64,000 bases of DNA from Patescibacteria group bacterium (GCA_038065355.1 JBBTRC010000007.1:42333-106332); one strand, 5' to 3'. Numbered from the stretch's first letter, positions 29,445-39,893 are shown. Numbers and translations: made by a program. Notes: generated by a model from the letters alone, not told the origin.

Positions 29445-29554
29445 TTTTAAAGACACGGATCGAGTCCTCCGCTCGCCGTTGGTTCTTATAAAGACGCTTC
29501 GCATCTTGACAAAAACCAAGCTCCGCGAGTTCTTTAAAACTACTCACTCGTCAC
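29430..29554. repeat. Inverted-repeat element (23/24-bp arms) overlapping the mrdA stop
   Basis: GTGACGAATGAGTAGTTTTAAAGA ... TCTTTAAAACTACTCACTCGTCAC. Confidence 0.8.
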
Positions 29555-29627
29555 TGTATCTGGTAACTTTTTTTATGAACATTGACCCGCTCCCGTAACT
29601 GCGTATAATTGGGGGAAATTTTACATT

Positions 29628-30098
29628 ATGAATGACACACAAGCTTTCCTTACCCCTGAGAAATTTGAGGAACTCAAAAAAGAACTCGACCATCTAAAGA
29701 CCGTTCGCCGCAAAGAAGTCGCTGAGTCGCTCGAGTACGCGCGTAGCCTCGGCGACCTTTCAGAAAACGCCGAGTATCAGGAGGCACGTGACATGCAATC
29801 GGCCATTGAGGAACGAATCGGCTACCTGGAGAAGACTATTAAAGAAGCGAAGATTGTGGCGCATGATAAGCATGGTGATGTCGTCGGGCTTGGGTCAAAG
29901 GTGAGTATTCAAAAAGACAAAGATAAAGAAAAGCGAGAATACACGATTGTCGGATCTGACGAAGCCAACATCCATGAGCGCAAGCTTTCGTACCTCTCTC
30001 CCCTCGGCGAAGCGTTGATGGGAAAGCGAAAAGGGGACGATTTTGAGTTTGAAACGCCAGTGGGAAAGCAGAAGTACAAAGTCCTCAAAGTCGAATAG
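29628..30098 (+). CDS. greA: Transcription elongation factor GreA
   Basis: GDLSENAEY and SPLGEAL motifs; promoter TTGACC-16-TATAAT. Confidence 0.96.
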   Translation: MNDTQAFLTPEKFEELKKELDHLKTVRRKEVAESLEYARSLGDLSENAEYQEARDMQSAIEERIGYLEKTIKEAKIVAHDKHGDVVGLGSKVSIQKDKDKEKREYTIVGSDEANIHERKLSYLSPLGEALMGKRKGDDFEFETPVGKQKYKVLKVE

Positions 30099-30100
30099 TC

Positions 30101-30219
30101 GCGTGCGCAAAAACTCCAGCTACTTTGTTGCTTCCTTCGCTCACATTGTCATCGTATATTGAATACGACTTCAACGCTCGCGGAGTCGCGCCTCGTATCT
30201 GAAGTTTTTTGCATCACGC
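30101..30219. repeat. REP-like palindromic element
   Basis: Imperfect terminal inverted repeats with internal TCGTAT-attga-ATACGA hairpin. Confidence 0.6.
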
Positions 30220-30231
30220 TTGAATAACGTT

Positions 30232-30272
30232 AAAGCCAAGGCCGGCTCCAAAGGAGCCGGCCTTGGCTTTTT
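30232..30272 (+). terminator. greA terminator
   Basis: AAGCCAAGGCCGGCTCC-aaa-GGAGCCGGCCTTGGCTT followed by T. Confidence 0.8.
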
Positions 30273-30298
30273 CGGCGTGCTACGCTAGGATTACACAC

Positions 30299-31759
30299 AT
30301 GTCTACCACTGAAGATTTTCGAGCTGACCGAGAAAAAAAAATTGCCCACCTCAAGTCGCTCGGGGTGAATCCTTATCCGGCCAAGGTTGATGTCACACAC
30401 ACTGTGGCCAAAGTGAGTGAGGACTTTTCAGCTCTTGAAGCGAGCAAAACGAGCATCTCTATCGCTGGTCGCATTATGGCGATGCGTGAACACGGCGCAC
30501 TACTTTTTATAGACGTGCAAGATGGTACCGGTAAGCTGCAAGGATTTTGTTCGAAAGACGAGCTCAGAGAAGAACGCTTTTTGCAGTTGCGGGACACCAT
30601 GAGCACCGGTGATTTTATTTCTTTGGCGGGAACCGCCCACACGACAAAGCGCGCCACGCAAGCGATTTTGGTCAAAGACTGGCAGGTAGTCGGGAAAGCG
30701 CTCCAAAATATTCCGACCGAACACTTTGGCATTAAGGACGAAGACGAACGGTTTCGTAAACGTTACCTCGACTTACTGCTCAGCGCCGAAGAACGAGAAC
30801 TGTTTGTCAAAAAAGCCAAATTCTGGGATGTGACCCGTGAGTTTATGAAACGTCATGGGTTTCTTGAAGTGGAAACGCCCACGCTTGAGGTGACGACGGG
30901 CGGCGCCGAGGCGCGGCCGTTTGTGACGCACCACAACGATTTCGATATGGATGTGTACCTGCGCATATCAATAGGTGAGCTGTGGCAAAAGCGCCTGATG
31001 GCCGCCGGTTTTGATAAAACGTTTGAAATCGGGCGAGCGTTTCGTAATGAGGGGACGAGCCCGGAACATTTGCAGGAGTTCACCAATATGGAATTTTATT
31101 GGGCGTATAAAGACTACCAAGCTGGCATGGTGCTCGTGCGCGACCTGTACATTGAGATTGCTGAAAAGGTATTCGGTACGACAAAGTTTGAGATGCGTGG
31201 ACATTCTTTTGATTTGGCCGCTGAGTGGGCTCATATCGACTACAGCGAAGAAATTGAGAAGCAGACTGGGGTAAATATTATGACGGCCAGCGATGAAGAT
31301 CTACGCGCAAAACTTACCGAACTCGGTGTGGTGTACGAAGGCGACAACCGCGAGCGGCTCACCGACACGCTCTGGAAGTATTGCCGAAAACATATCTCTG
31401 GTCCGGCTTTTCTTGTTCATCACCCTAAGCTGGTCGCACCCTTGGCGAAGGCGCGCCCTGACGGAAAGACGGTCGAGATGTTCCAGCCGATTATCGCCGG
31501 TAGTGAAGTTGGTCGTGGCTACAGTGAGCTCAATGATCCAGTCGATCAGCGGGAACGTTTTCTGGTGCAACAGAAACTCATCGATGCCGGCGACGAAGAG
31601 GCCATGATGCCGGACTTTGAATTTGTTGAGATGCTTGAGTACGGAATGCCGCCGACTTGCGGTTTTGGCTTCGGAGAGCGACTGTTTGCTTTTTTGGCCG
31701 GTAAGCCGCTCCGCGAAACCCAGCTATTTCCGCTTATGCGACCAAAAGGAAAGGAATAA
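30299..31759 (+). CDS. lysS: Lysine--tRNA ligase (class II)
   Basis: GGAEARPF, FRNEG and YGMPPTCGFGFG motifs. Confidence 0.96.
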   Translation: MSTTEDFRADREKKIAHLKSLGVNPYPAKVDVTHTVAKVSEDFSALEASKTSISIAGRIMAMREHGALLFIDVQDGTGKLQGFCSKDELREERFLQLRDTMSTGDFISLAGTAHTTKRATQAILVKDWQVVGKALQNIPTEHFGIKDEDERFRKRYLDLLLSAEERELFVKKAKFWDVTREFMKRHGFLEVETPTLEVTTGGAEARPFVTHHNDFDMDVYLRISIGELWQKRLMAAGFDKTFEIGRAFRNEGTSPEHLQEFTNMEFYWAYKDYQAGMVLVRDLYIEIAEKVFGTTKFEMRGHSFDLAAEWAHIDYSEEIEKQTGVNIMTASDEDLRAKLTELGVVYEGDNRERLTDTLWKYCRKHISGPAFLVHHPKLVAPLAKARPDGKTVEMFQPIIAGSEVGRGYSELNDPVDQRERFLVQQKLIDAGDEEAMMPDFEFVEMLEYGMPPTCGFGFGERLFAFLAGKPLRETQLFPLMRPKGKE

Positions 31760-31844
31760 GGAGGAAAGCAAAAGAAAAACGGCGGCCCTACGGGCCGCCG
31801 TTTTTCTTTTTTCATACAATCTTCAAACTGGGATGTGTATAACT

Positions 31845-31905
31845 GTGGTTGATGGTGGGATGAGGTGGTATAGAATGTTGTGGTGGTGGGAGATAGTGGT
31901 ATACT
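31845..31905 (+). promoter_or_regulatory. MraZ-binding GTGG repeats and dcw promoter
   Basis: GTGG units at about 10-bp spacing (TGTGGTTGAT GGTGGGATGA GGTGG...) plus TGGTATACT upstream of mraZ. Confidence 0.7.
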
Positions 31906-32002
31906 GTGAAAACAGTATGCAAGAGCTAACTTCCGAATCCGCCACAACCGCGTCTCCACATTTGGTTGCGGTCGGTTCGGAAGTTGGCTCGGACTATCAA
32001 GT

Positions 32003-32437
32003 ATGTTGATTGGCGAATACAAGCACACGTTGGATCCCAAGAAACGGCTGTCCTTGCCGTCTAAATGGCGCAAGGAACTTGGGAAATCGCTTGTGGTCAC
32101 TCGCGGACTTGATAACTGTCTCTTTGTATATCCGCTCAAAGAGTGGCAGAAGATCACTGAAAAAGTTGGTCAACTGCCACTTGGTCAAGCGGACACCCGA
32201 AGTTTCAATCGCTTCTTTCTGTCGGGAGCAGTAGAAGTGGAGGTAGATTCAGTTGGACGTATTCTCGTGCCAGATTTCTTGAAAGATTTTGCCACGCTAA
32301 AGAGCAGTGTTGTGCTCGCGGGCATTCATGATCGAATCGAGATTTGGGATGAGAAGAAGTGGGAGAACTATAAACGCACTATCGAAAAACAGGCTGATGC
32401 TTTGGCAGAAAAGCTTGGTGAGATCGGCGTCCTCTAA
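32003..32437 (+). CDS. mraZ: Transcriptional regulator MraZ
   Basis: GEYKHTLDPKKRL and DSVGRI motifs. Confidence 0.95.
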   Translation: MLIGEYKHTLDPKKRLSLPSKWRKELGKSLVVTRGLDNCLFVYPLKEWQKITEKVGQLPLGQADTRSFNRFFLSGAVEVEVDSVGRILVPDFLKDFATLKSSVVLAGIHDRIEIWDEKKWENYKRTIEKQADALAEKLGEIGVL

Positions 32438-32448
32438 ATCAACTTCGT

Positions 32449-33333
32449 ATGGAACACATCACAGTCCTCAAAGAGGAAGCGGTAGATGCGCTGCACCTAT
32501 CGGCACACAGCACTGTCGTTGACGCTACCTACGGAAGCGGGGGACATGCGAATGCGATTCTCACTCGTCTTAATGAGCGCGGTTGCTACGTTGGCATTGA
32601 TGCCGACGAGAGCGCCCTTACCGGAATCGACGTAGCAAGACACAAAGCCACTGTGCACTTGGTGCACGAAAATTTTCGCAACATCGCGGAAATACTTCGT
32701 TCTTTACATATTGAAAAAGTTGATGCCATCCTGGCCGACCTTGGTTGGCGCATGGAACAGTTTAGCGACGGAGGCAAAGGCTTTTCATTTGCCCAGAGTG
32801 AACCGCTCCAGATGACCTTCGGCGACCCCAACGATTATCCCTTCACGGCCGCCGACATCGTCAATGAGTGGTCGGAAGAGACGCTCGCGAACATCTTCTA
32901 CGGGTACGCTGAAGAACGATTCTCGCGTCGTATCGCCAAGGCCATTGTCGAGGCGAGAGCAAAAACCGTCATTACCACCTCGACGCAACTGGCAAACATT
33001 GTGCTCGCCGCTTTACCCAAGGCCGTAGGGCACAAGCGTATACACGGAGCCACCAAGGTGTTCCAAGCACTTCGCATCGCCGTCAACGACGAGCTCGGCG
33101 CGCTGGAGACACTTTTAAAAGACGGCTTTACGGCTCTGCGACCAGGTGGACACATGGCAATCATCACTTTTCACAGTATTGAAGACCGGCTCGTAAAGCA
33201 CTACTTCCGCGAACTCGTGCGCGAAGGCAGAGGCGACTTTGCACCCAAAAAACCAATTGCGCCGACGGCCACCGAAGCAGCTCACAACCCTCGTGCCAGA
33301 AGCGCCAAATTACGAATTATTAAAAAACTTTGA
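32449..33333 (+). CDS. rsmH: 16S rRNA m4C1402 methyltransferase
   Basis: DATYGSGGH, FQALRIAVNDEL and NPRARSAKLR motifs. Confidence 0.96.
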   Translation: MEHITVLKEEAVDALHLSAHSTVVDATYGSGGHANAILTRLNERGCYVGIDADESALTGIDVARHKATVHLVHENFRNIAEILRSLHIEKVDAILADLGWRMEQFSDGGKGFSFAQSEPLQMTFGDPNDYPFTAADIVNEWSEETLANIFYGYAEERFSRRIAKAIVEARAKTVITTSTQLANIVLAALPKAVGHKRIHGATKVFQALRIAVNDELGALETLLKDGFTALRPGGHMAIITFHSIEDRLVKHYFRELVREGRGDFAPKKPIAPTATEAAHNPRARSAKLRIIKKL

Positions 33334-33342
33334 ACTTTTATC

Positions 33343-33648
33343 ATGAACAAAAGTCGCGACCATATCACAAGACAACGACAAACGCTCGCCAGCGTGGGCC
33401 TTTTAGTGACTGTTATTGTCTTGTATATCTACTTTTTAAATATTTCAGTCGTGCACGTGGTCATGCGTAAAGAGGCGGCCAAGTCCGTGAACGAACTCCA
33501 AACAGAAATCGCCATTCTTGAGAGCGCTTTTATTGAATCGCAGCATACGGTCGCGGCTCGTATCGCAACCCTAGAAGGGTACAACCTAGAGAGCGAGAAA
33601 ATCTTCATTACCCGTGGCGATACCAGTTTGGTGTTGCGGGAAAATTAA
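33343..33648 (+). CDS. ftsL: FtsL-like cell division protein
   Basis: Single TM plus coiled coil, between rsmH and ftsI. Confidence 0.6.
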   Translation: MNKSRDHITRQRQTLASVGLLVTVIVLYIYFLNISVVHVVMRKEAAKSVNELQTEIAILESAFIESQHTVAARIATLEGYNLESEKIFITRGDTSLVLREN

Positions 33649-33654
33649 TCACCT

Positions 33655-35376
33655 ATGCGGCGGGCTCACTTAATACTCCGGATCCGACTGGTATCTGCTG
33701 GCGTTTTACTTTTGGCGCTCGTACTGCTCGCGCGTTTGTATCAAATTCAGATTGTACAGAGCGCCGAATACCACGCACGCGCCGAACGCCAGTATGTGCA
33801 TACAAAGAGCGATTTGTTTTCGCGCGGGTCGATTTACTTTAAAACCCGTGACGGCGAGCATCTATCTGCGGCGGCGGTGCAGTCAGGATTTGTACTGGCG
33901 GCAAATCCCACCCACGTGAATGACAAAGAAGCGTTTTGCACCGCGCTCGCTGATTACATTCAAAACACTCATGAATGGTGTGTAGTCAAAATGTCACAAG
34001 AAGACCGTACCTATGTAGAGCTCGAACAACGTGTGTCAAAGGAAACTGCCGCCACTCTCGAAGAGCTCGTCCCGACTGGTGTATTGCTTTACAAAAATCA
34101 GTGGCGGTACTACCCAGGCGGGTCGGTTGCCGCCCGGACTGTCGGCTTTGTCGGTTATAGTAGCGACGATGGAAATGAGCTGCGTGGTAAGTACGGCCTT
34201 GAACGCCAGTATGACGACGTACTCTACCGTAGCCCGGAGGTGCTCTCGGTCAATTTTTTTGCTGAATTATTTAGCAATGTCGGCGAATTGGTGACTGGCA
34301 AAAACACCGCTCGTTCTGGCGACATCGTTACCACCCTTGAGCCATCTGTCTCGCGGATGCTCGACACGGTGTTGATAGACACCAATGACTTGTACCACAG
34401 CGCGCTGACCGGCGCGGTCATTATGAACCCTAAAACAGGAGCCATCTACGCCATGAACGCAGTGCCCGGGTTTGATTTAAATGATCGAGCGGAGGCGACT
34501 ATTGAGCAATTTAGAAATCCTTTGGTTGAAGACGTGTACGAGTTTGGATCAACCATCAAAGCTCTCACTATGGCCGCTGGATTGGACGCTGGTGCAATTG
34601 CCCCTTACACGACCTACTACGACCCTGGTGAGATCGAACTTGATACCTTTACCATTCGCAACTTCGACGGCCGTGGCCGCGGCACGGTGCCGATGCAAGA
34701 AATTCTTAATCAGTCGCTCAACACCGGTGCGTCATGGATCGTAACGCAAATGGGCAAGCAAAAGTTCCGCGAGTATTTTTTGAATTTTAAACTGGGAAGC
34801 GAAACCGGTATTGACCTCCCGAACGAAGCCTATGGGTTGGTGGACAACCTCCAGTCTCCTCGTGACGTTGAGTATGCGACGGCGTCGTTCGGGCAGGGTA
34901 TCGCGCTCACCCCCATCGCCGCCACCCGCGCATTCGCAGCGCTCGGCAACGGCGGCCACTTGGTGACTCCGCACGTGGCTTCGGGCATCGAGTACAGCGA
35001 CGGCACCTCTAAAGAAATCCGCTACCCAGAAGGAACGCAAGTGCTCAAGCCAGAGACCAGCGAGGAGATCTCTCGCATGTTGAGCGTCGTCGTAGACGAA
35101 GCTTTGCGCGGCGGAAAGGTCGCGCTCCCGCACCACACCATCGCCGCGAAGACAGGCACGGCACAAATTCCCGACCCGGTCAATGGCGGCTACTACGAAG
35201 ACAAGTTTCTCCACTCATTTTTCGGCTATTTTCCGGCCTATGACCCAGAGATTATCGTTTTCATGTATACTGTAGAGCCGCAGGGTGTCCAGTACGCGTC
35301 CGAGACGCTGACCGACCCGTTTATGCAGATTGCAAAGTTTTTGATTAACTACTATTCAATTCCGCCTGACCGCTAA
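33655..35376 (+). CDS. ftsI: Division-specific class B PBP (FtsI/PBP3)
   Basis: GSTIK, SLN and KTGTAQ motifs; dcw cluster position. Confidence 0.88.
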   Translation: MRRAHLILRIRLVSAGVLLLALVLLARLYQIQIVQSAEYHARAERQYVHTKSDLFSRGSIYFKTRDGEHLSAAAVQSGFVLAANPTHVNDKEAFCTALADYIQNTHEWCVVKMSQEDRTYVELEQRVSKETAATLEELVPTGVLLYKNQWRYYPGGSVAARTVGFVGYSSDDGNELRGKYGLERQYDDVLYRSPEVLSVNFFAELFSNVGELVTGKNTARSGDIVTTLEPSVSRMLDTVLIDTNDLYHSALTGAVIMNPKTGAIYAMNAVPGFDLNDRAEATIEQFRNPLVEDVYEFGSTIKALTMAAGLDAGAIAPYTTYYDPGEIELDTFTIRNFDGRGRGTVPMQEILNQSLNTGASWIVTQMGKQKFREYFLNFKLGSETGIDLPNEAYGLVDNLQSPRDVEYATASFGQGIALTPIAATRAFAALGNGGHLVTPHVASGIEYSDGTSKEIRYPEGTQVLKPETSEEISRMLSVVVDEALRGGKVALPHHTIAAKTGTAQIPDPVNGGYYEDKFLHSFFGYFPAYDPEIIVFMYTVEPQGVQYASETLTDPFMQIAKFLINYYSIPPDR

Positions 35377-35378
35377 CA

Positions 35379-36713
35379 ATGCCTATGAAAACATTCCTTA
35401 AGTCGTTCGTCATTGCCATTTTGACTTTTGAGGCCTCACTTCTTTTAAAACGTCACCATCCGACCATCGTGGCCGTGACCGGCAGTGTGGGGAAAACTTC
35501 CACCAAAGATGCGATTTACGCCGCGGTGAAAGGTTCGGTGTCCGCCCGAAAAAGCCAAAAGAGTTTTAATTCAGAAATCGGCGTGCCGCTCACCGTGCTC
35601 GGCCTCTCAAACGGTTGGAACAATCCGTTTTTGTGGCTGAAAAATATTTTTGACGGTCTTTTCATTGCCTTGTTTGTAAAAGAATACCCGGCGGTACTCA
35701 TTCTTGAAGCCGGTGTCGACCAGCCTGGCGATATGGCAAAACTCACCGCCTGGGTAAAGCCGGATATCGTCGTGCTGACGAGATTGCCGGCCGTGCCGGT
35801 ACATGTGGAGTTCTTCAAGACTCTCGAAGCCATTGTGGCAGAAAAAATGGTGCTCCTATCGGCGCTCAAGCCAAACGGCACTCTGGTGTACAACAACGAC
35901 GATGAAATCATCGCCAAGGAAAAAGACAAGGTGCGTCAGCGACAGGTGGGCTTTGGCCGTTATGCGCCGACCGATTTCACTGCCTCTGCTGATCGGATTG
36001 TGTACCGCCAAAATATCATCCATGGCCTGTCGTTTGTCGTATCACATGTAGAAGAATCGCACACGGTTACCGCGGCGGGGGTGGTGGGGACACAGTCCGT
36101 CTATAATGTCACCGCCGCGCTCGCTGTCGCGGATGTGCTCGGTGTCCCGCTCTCTGCCGCCGTGGCCAACCTCGCCGACCTTCAGACACCAAACGGCCGG
36201 ATGCGAATTATTCCGGGTTTAAAGGGTAGTACGCTTATTGATGACACCTACAATTCTTCACCTGCCGCCGCCGAAGCAGCGCTCTCAACCTTGCGAGAAA
36301 TTTCTCTGGCCAAACGAAAGATAGCGGTGCTTGGCGATATGCTCGAACTTGGTTCTTTTTCCAATGATGCGCATCGAAAACTAGGCGAGCAGGCGGCTGC
36401 GGCCACTGACCTCTTACTCACTGTGGGCATACGAGCGCGAGTTATTGCCGCCGGCGCGCTCGCGGCAGGGCTTCCCGAAGAAAAAATTCTGCAATATGAA
36501 GATGTCGAACGCGCCGGGCGTGAACTTCAGGGCATTTTGCAATCGGGTGACGTCGTACTTATCAAAGCATCACAGAGTATTCGCGCCGAGCGGATTGTCG
36601 AAGAAGTGATGGCGGATCCAGATCACACCGAACAGCTTCTAGTCCGGCAAGAACCCGAGTGGAAAAAGAAGAAAATTACTCTTGCGCCAGCAAAACCTGC
36701 CGAGGTACACTAA
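35379..36713 (+). CDS. murF: UDP-MurNAc-tripeptide--D-Ala-D-Ala ligase
   Basis: VTGSVGKTSTK, IDDTYNSSP and LGDMLELG motifs. Confidence 0.93.
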   Translation: MPMKTFLKSFVIAILTFEASLLLKRHHPTIVAVTGSVGKTSTKDAIYAAVKGSVSARKSQKSFNSEIGVPLTVLGLSNGWNNPFLWLKNIFDGLFIALFVKEYPAVLILEAGVDQPGDMAKLTAWVKPDIVVLTRLPAVPVHVEFFKTLEAIVAEKMVLLSALKPNGTLVYNNDDEIIAKEKDKVRQRQVGFGRYAPTDFTASADRIVYRQNIIHGLSFVVSHVEESHTVTAAGVVGTQSVYNVTAALAVADVLGVPLSAAVANLADLQTPNGRMRIIPGLKGSTLIDDTYNSSPAAAEAALSTLREISLAKRKIAVLGDMLELGSFSNDAHRKLGEQAAAATDLLLTVGIRARVIAAGALAAGLPEEKILQYEDVERAGRELQGILQSGDVVLIKASQSIRAERIVEEVMADPDHTEQLLVRQEPEWKKKKITLAPAKPAEVH

Positions 36714-36718
36714 TCAAT

Positions 36719-37270
36719 ATGAATTATATGAAAAATATTATTACCACGTTGGTTCTCGCGCTGCTTTTGACTTCAGCTTTTCCACAGCTCTCGTTCGCCC
36801 AGTCCACCTCGTTTCAACCGACCACTGCTCGCGAGATGATCGCCTACCTCATGGGTCAGATTCAGCAACTGCAAAATCTGAAAGCCATGCTGGAGCGGGC
36901 CGGCAATCCAGCGCGCGTAGTGGCACCTTCAGCGGTGAGTTATGTAACCGTAGACACCTTTGATGCTACCGAGGAAACAGACGTGTCGGCGGCACTCAGT
37001 GGGGAGGTACTGCTGTTTGGCGACGCCACCGCGCAGACGTGGTTTGAATATGGCCAAGACGAGGATTTTCTTGACAGCAAAACGTCCAAAAAAAACGCCT
37101 ATACTCCCTACGACCGTGCGCAAAAGGTGATCGTGACGCGCCTCGAGCCAGATGAAAAATATTTCTTTCGAATAGTGGCGCTCACCAACGACGACCAAGT
37201 TCTCTACGGGAGCGTGGCTACCTTTAGAACAGACGAAGACCCGGATGAAGACGATGACGATGATAATTAA
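36719..37270 (+). CDS. Secreted protein with FN3-like domain
   Basis: Signal peptide (SFA-Q); WFEYG...LEPDEKYFFRIVA...G...TFRT pattern. Confidence 0.65.
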   Translation: MNYMKNIITTLVLALLLTSAFPQLSFAQSTSFQPTTAREMIAYLMGQIQQLQNLKAMLERAGNPARVVAPSAVSYVTVDTFDATEETDVSAALSGEVLLFGDATAQTWFEYGQDEDFLDSKTSKKNAYTPYDRAQKVIVTRLEPDEKYFFRIVALTNDDQVLYGSVATFRTDEDPDEDDDDDN

Positions 37271-37272
37271 TT

Positions 37273-37743
37273 ATGCGTAACGTACACGATAGCGCCCCAG
37301 ATTTTGCCCTTCAAGATCAAAACGGGTCCGTGCGTACACTCGCCGAGTACAAAGGGAAGTGGCTGCTTATCTATTTTTATCCCAAAGACGATACGCCGGG
37401 ATGCACGACCGAAGCCTGCACCATTGCCGAAGTGTATGACGAATTTAAAGCGCTTGGCGTCGAGGTGATTGGCATAAGCAAAGACTCGCCGCAGTCGCAC
37501 CAGAAATTCGCCGCCAAATACCACTTGCCATTTACGTTGCTTTCCGATGAATCAACCGATACCATCAAAGCCTACGGCGCCTGGCAGAAGAAAACTTTGT
37601 TCGGTCGCACCGCCATGGGCACTAAACGCGTTTCATATTTAATAAATCCCGCCGGAAAAATAGAAAAAGTGTATCCAAAAGTAGATCCAGCGAATCATGC
37701 CCTTGAGATTCTTGAGGACGTTAGAAAAACAAATGATCAGTAA
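37273..37743 (+). CDS. bcp: Peroxiredoxin BCP/PrxQ
   Basis: YFYPKDDTPGCTTEAC motif. Confidence 0.95.
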   Translation: MRNVHDSAPDFALQDQNGSVRTLAEYKGKWLLIYFYPKDDTPGCTTEACTIAEVYDEFKALGVEVIGISKDSPQSHQKFAAKYHLPFTLLSDESTDTIKAYGAWQKKTLFGRTAMGTKRVSYLINPAGKIEKVYPKVDPANHALEILEDVRKTNDQ

Positions 37744-37788
37744 AAAGCCGCAGTCAAATTGACTTGCGGCTTTTAAAGGTTTTTGCCC

Positions 37789-38082
37789 TTAGTGACCCTG
37801 GGGCGATAAGGCCTTGCACGGCAGCGTAGTCGCTACCCCCGCCACTGCTGCTTCAATGTACGGTTTTTTGGCCAAAGGGGCAGCCAAGACGATGCCCGAC
37901 TCGTTACTCTCGGTGAGGTAAATTCTAGAGCCGATCTTTGGCACTTCGTAGCCGCACTCCTCTACGAAGTGTTCACGCAGTCGTTGAGTGTAGTTTTCGT
38001 CAGCTCTTTCAAAGAGCCAAAACATGGCCGGCAGAAGCAATAAAACGGCCACTACACATATCAGTTTCACTGTTGAAGACAT
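37789..38082 (-). CDS. Orphan membrane-anchored protein
   Basis: TTGACT-17-TATTAT, SD AGGAGAGG, shared terminator 37742-37774. Confidence 0.6.
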   Translation of the reverse strand: MSSTVKLICVVAVLLLLPAMFWLFERADENYTQRLREHFVEECGYEVPKIGSRIYLTESNESGIVLAAPLAKKPYIEAAVAGVATTLPCKALSPQGH

Positions 38083-38232
38083 GCACCCTCCTCCTTGCTG
38101 TTGGGTTTAAAAGAACGTTTGCACGTATAATACTACAAAGTAGTCTAAAAGTCAAGTTTCCTCTATCCAGTTTATTAGTACCCGAAAGTCGATCCAGCGG
38201 CTCGCGCATACGAAAAGGGGCCTTTTAAGGTT

Positions 38233-38568
38233 TTAAACTTCTAACTCAAACTTCCAGTTCATCTTCACTACCGAGATGTTAAACGGAACGGTAATATTGT
38301 TGTGTTGTTTAAATGGAACAATTTGATCTCGTAGCTTAGCGAGTATTCTTTCCATGTCTTGTTCGGAAACTTCAGAAAATGTAGCGTATACATAAATTTC
38401 AATTGGTGCTGCATTTACCGTCACTTGGTTCGGAGACGCAAAAACAGAAACCTCAGCGGGAGTATATCCCGTTGCTTCTGCCGCAAATTTCTGGATGGCG
38501 GCAGCAACTTTTTGTATTTCTTCCTGTGAAAGTTTGCTCTTTTCGTAGTCAATTCTTACTATGGGCAT
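38233..38568 (-). CDS. Tautomerase-superfamily-like protein
   Basis: N-terminal (M)P-I-V-R-I and beta-alpha-beta pattern. Confidence 0.55.
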   Translation of the reverse strand: MPIVRIDYEKSKLSQEEIQKVAAAIQKFAAEATGYTPAEVSVFASPNQVTVNAAPIEIYVYATFSEVSEQDMERILAKLRDQIVPFKQHNNITVPFNISVVKMNWKFELEV

Positions 38569-38707
38569 GAGTTCATTATATCAAATGTTCCAACATTCCA
38601 TTTTGATGACTCAAATCTGCTGCAATAATCGATCTACACGCTACGTTGCTCGATCCCAGCAAGGGTATTGCTACAAATATTTTGGATATGTTGGCGAATT
38701 AAAGTCA

Positions 38708-39097
38708 TCATTCTGCTCGCTTTTTTCTGCCTGCCACGATGACATGCAGGAGGACGAAAAATGAAAAAATTAGCATCATATTGGCAATAAAAAACAAATT
38801 GAACCAAACGGTTGGTTCCAGATGAGCGCCGTGGGTTGGAGGAATGGTTACGCTGAGTGAAGTATCCTGACTAAAATCAGCGAATCCGAGCCGCCACCAA
38901 AAAACCCGATCAGAAAAAAACAAAGCCCAATAAGGTAGCGCGACCGGGACAAAAACACTTGAAAACAGCGAAAACGGAACCCGCGCCGCTTCTGGCAGCC
39001 ACTGTATTACAGCGAGTCCAGGTTTTGAAACTAGAAATATAAACAAAGATACGTACACAAAGTAGCTACCATAAATCACTAATAGCTTGTTCTTCAT
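38708..39097 (-). CDS. Hypothetical membrane protein
   Basis: About three hydrophobic segments; TGCTATACT 7 nt before the ATG. Confidence 0.55.
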   Translation of the reverse strand: MKNKLLVIYGSYFVYVSLFIFLVSKPGLAVIQWLPEAARVPFSLFSSVFVPVALPYWALFFSDRVFWWRLGFADFSQDTSLSVTIPPTHGAHLEPTVWFNLFFIANMMLIFSFFVLLHVIVAGRKKRAE

Positions 39098-39258
39098 ACT
39101 CCTTAGTATAGCAGGTAGCGGAGAGTCTCCTATAAAAACAGGAATTTGAAATTCATACACAAAAACAGTCTCGAATGAGACTGTTTTTGTGTGCTAGTTC
39201 GTTCCTTCTTGAGTGCTCGAACTAGCTCTCTAGTCGGTGAGCGTTCAGCAGATAGAAA

Positions 39259-39756
39259 TTAACGAATATATTGTTGTATAAAGCTTTTTTCAAAACAATT
39301 GGCTGTATTCGACTGGTCCTTCTCGTGCGTTGAGAAAAATATACTAATAACTATAGCTATTACTGCAAATAATAGTGTCCATGAATTAAAAATTGTTTGT
39401 CTTTTTCTATCCAACGTTCGATCAATAATTTCTATATATGCGGAGCCTTCACTAATATTTTTTCCAACAGCAGATTCAAATTGAAAATAACTAGCAATAT
39501 CTTTGGAGTTTTCTGGTAAACCTTTAAACAAAATATCAGGTGTCTCAAGCTTTTGAACAACAACAAAAAAACGTTTCGCTATATCTTCGTATTGACTACT
39601 ATATTTTCTAAGTCTGCTCGAGTAAAGGGGGAAATTAATTCTGACTCCTTGGATGTCAATAAGAAGCTGTTTGAGCTCATTCAGAATTGGGAAAAGCTCT
39701 TGCTGAACGGTATTCAGTAGTCGCTTTGTTCCTTCCGATACTGGTATTTGTTCCAT
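39259..39756 (-). CDS. AT-rich hypothetical protein with C-terminal TM helix
   Basis: Helical N-terminus plus WTLLFAVIAIVISIFF; immediately 3' of tRNA-Glu. Confidence 0.55.
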   Translation of the reverse strand: MEQIPVSEGTKRLLNTVQQELFPILNELKQLLIDIQGVRINFPLYSSRLRKYSSQYEDIAKRFFVVVQKLETPDILFKGLPENSKDIASYFQFESAVGKNISEGSAYIEIIDRTLDRKRQTIFNSWTLLFAVIAIVISIFFSTHEKDQSNTANCFEKSFIQQYIR

Positions 39757-39784
39757 GTTGGTTACTTCTCGTGCTAGCACGAAT

Positions 39785-39859
39785 TGGTGACCCTACCGGG
39801 AATCGAACCCGGGTTTCCAGGATGAGAACCTGGCGTCCTAGCCGCTAGACGATAGGGCC
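39785..39859 (-). tRNA. tRNA-Glu (CTC)
   Basis: GGCCCTA...CCAGG-TTCTCAT-CCTGG...CCGGG-TTCGATT-CCCGG-TAGGGTC-ACCA cloverleaf, 75 nt. Confidence 0.96.
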
Positions 39860-39893
39860 AAATGTTATCCGGGGAAGAGGATATGTTTGGTGG

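Noticed and set aside
31845-31905. GTGG repeats as a novel repeat or CRISPR
   Set aside because: Explained by known MraZ operator repeats; no repeat-spacer structure anywhere in the window
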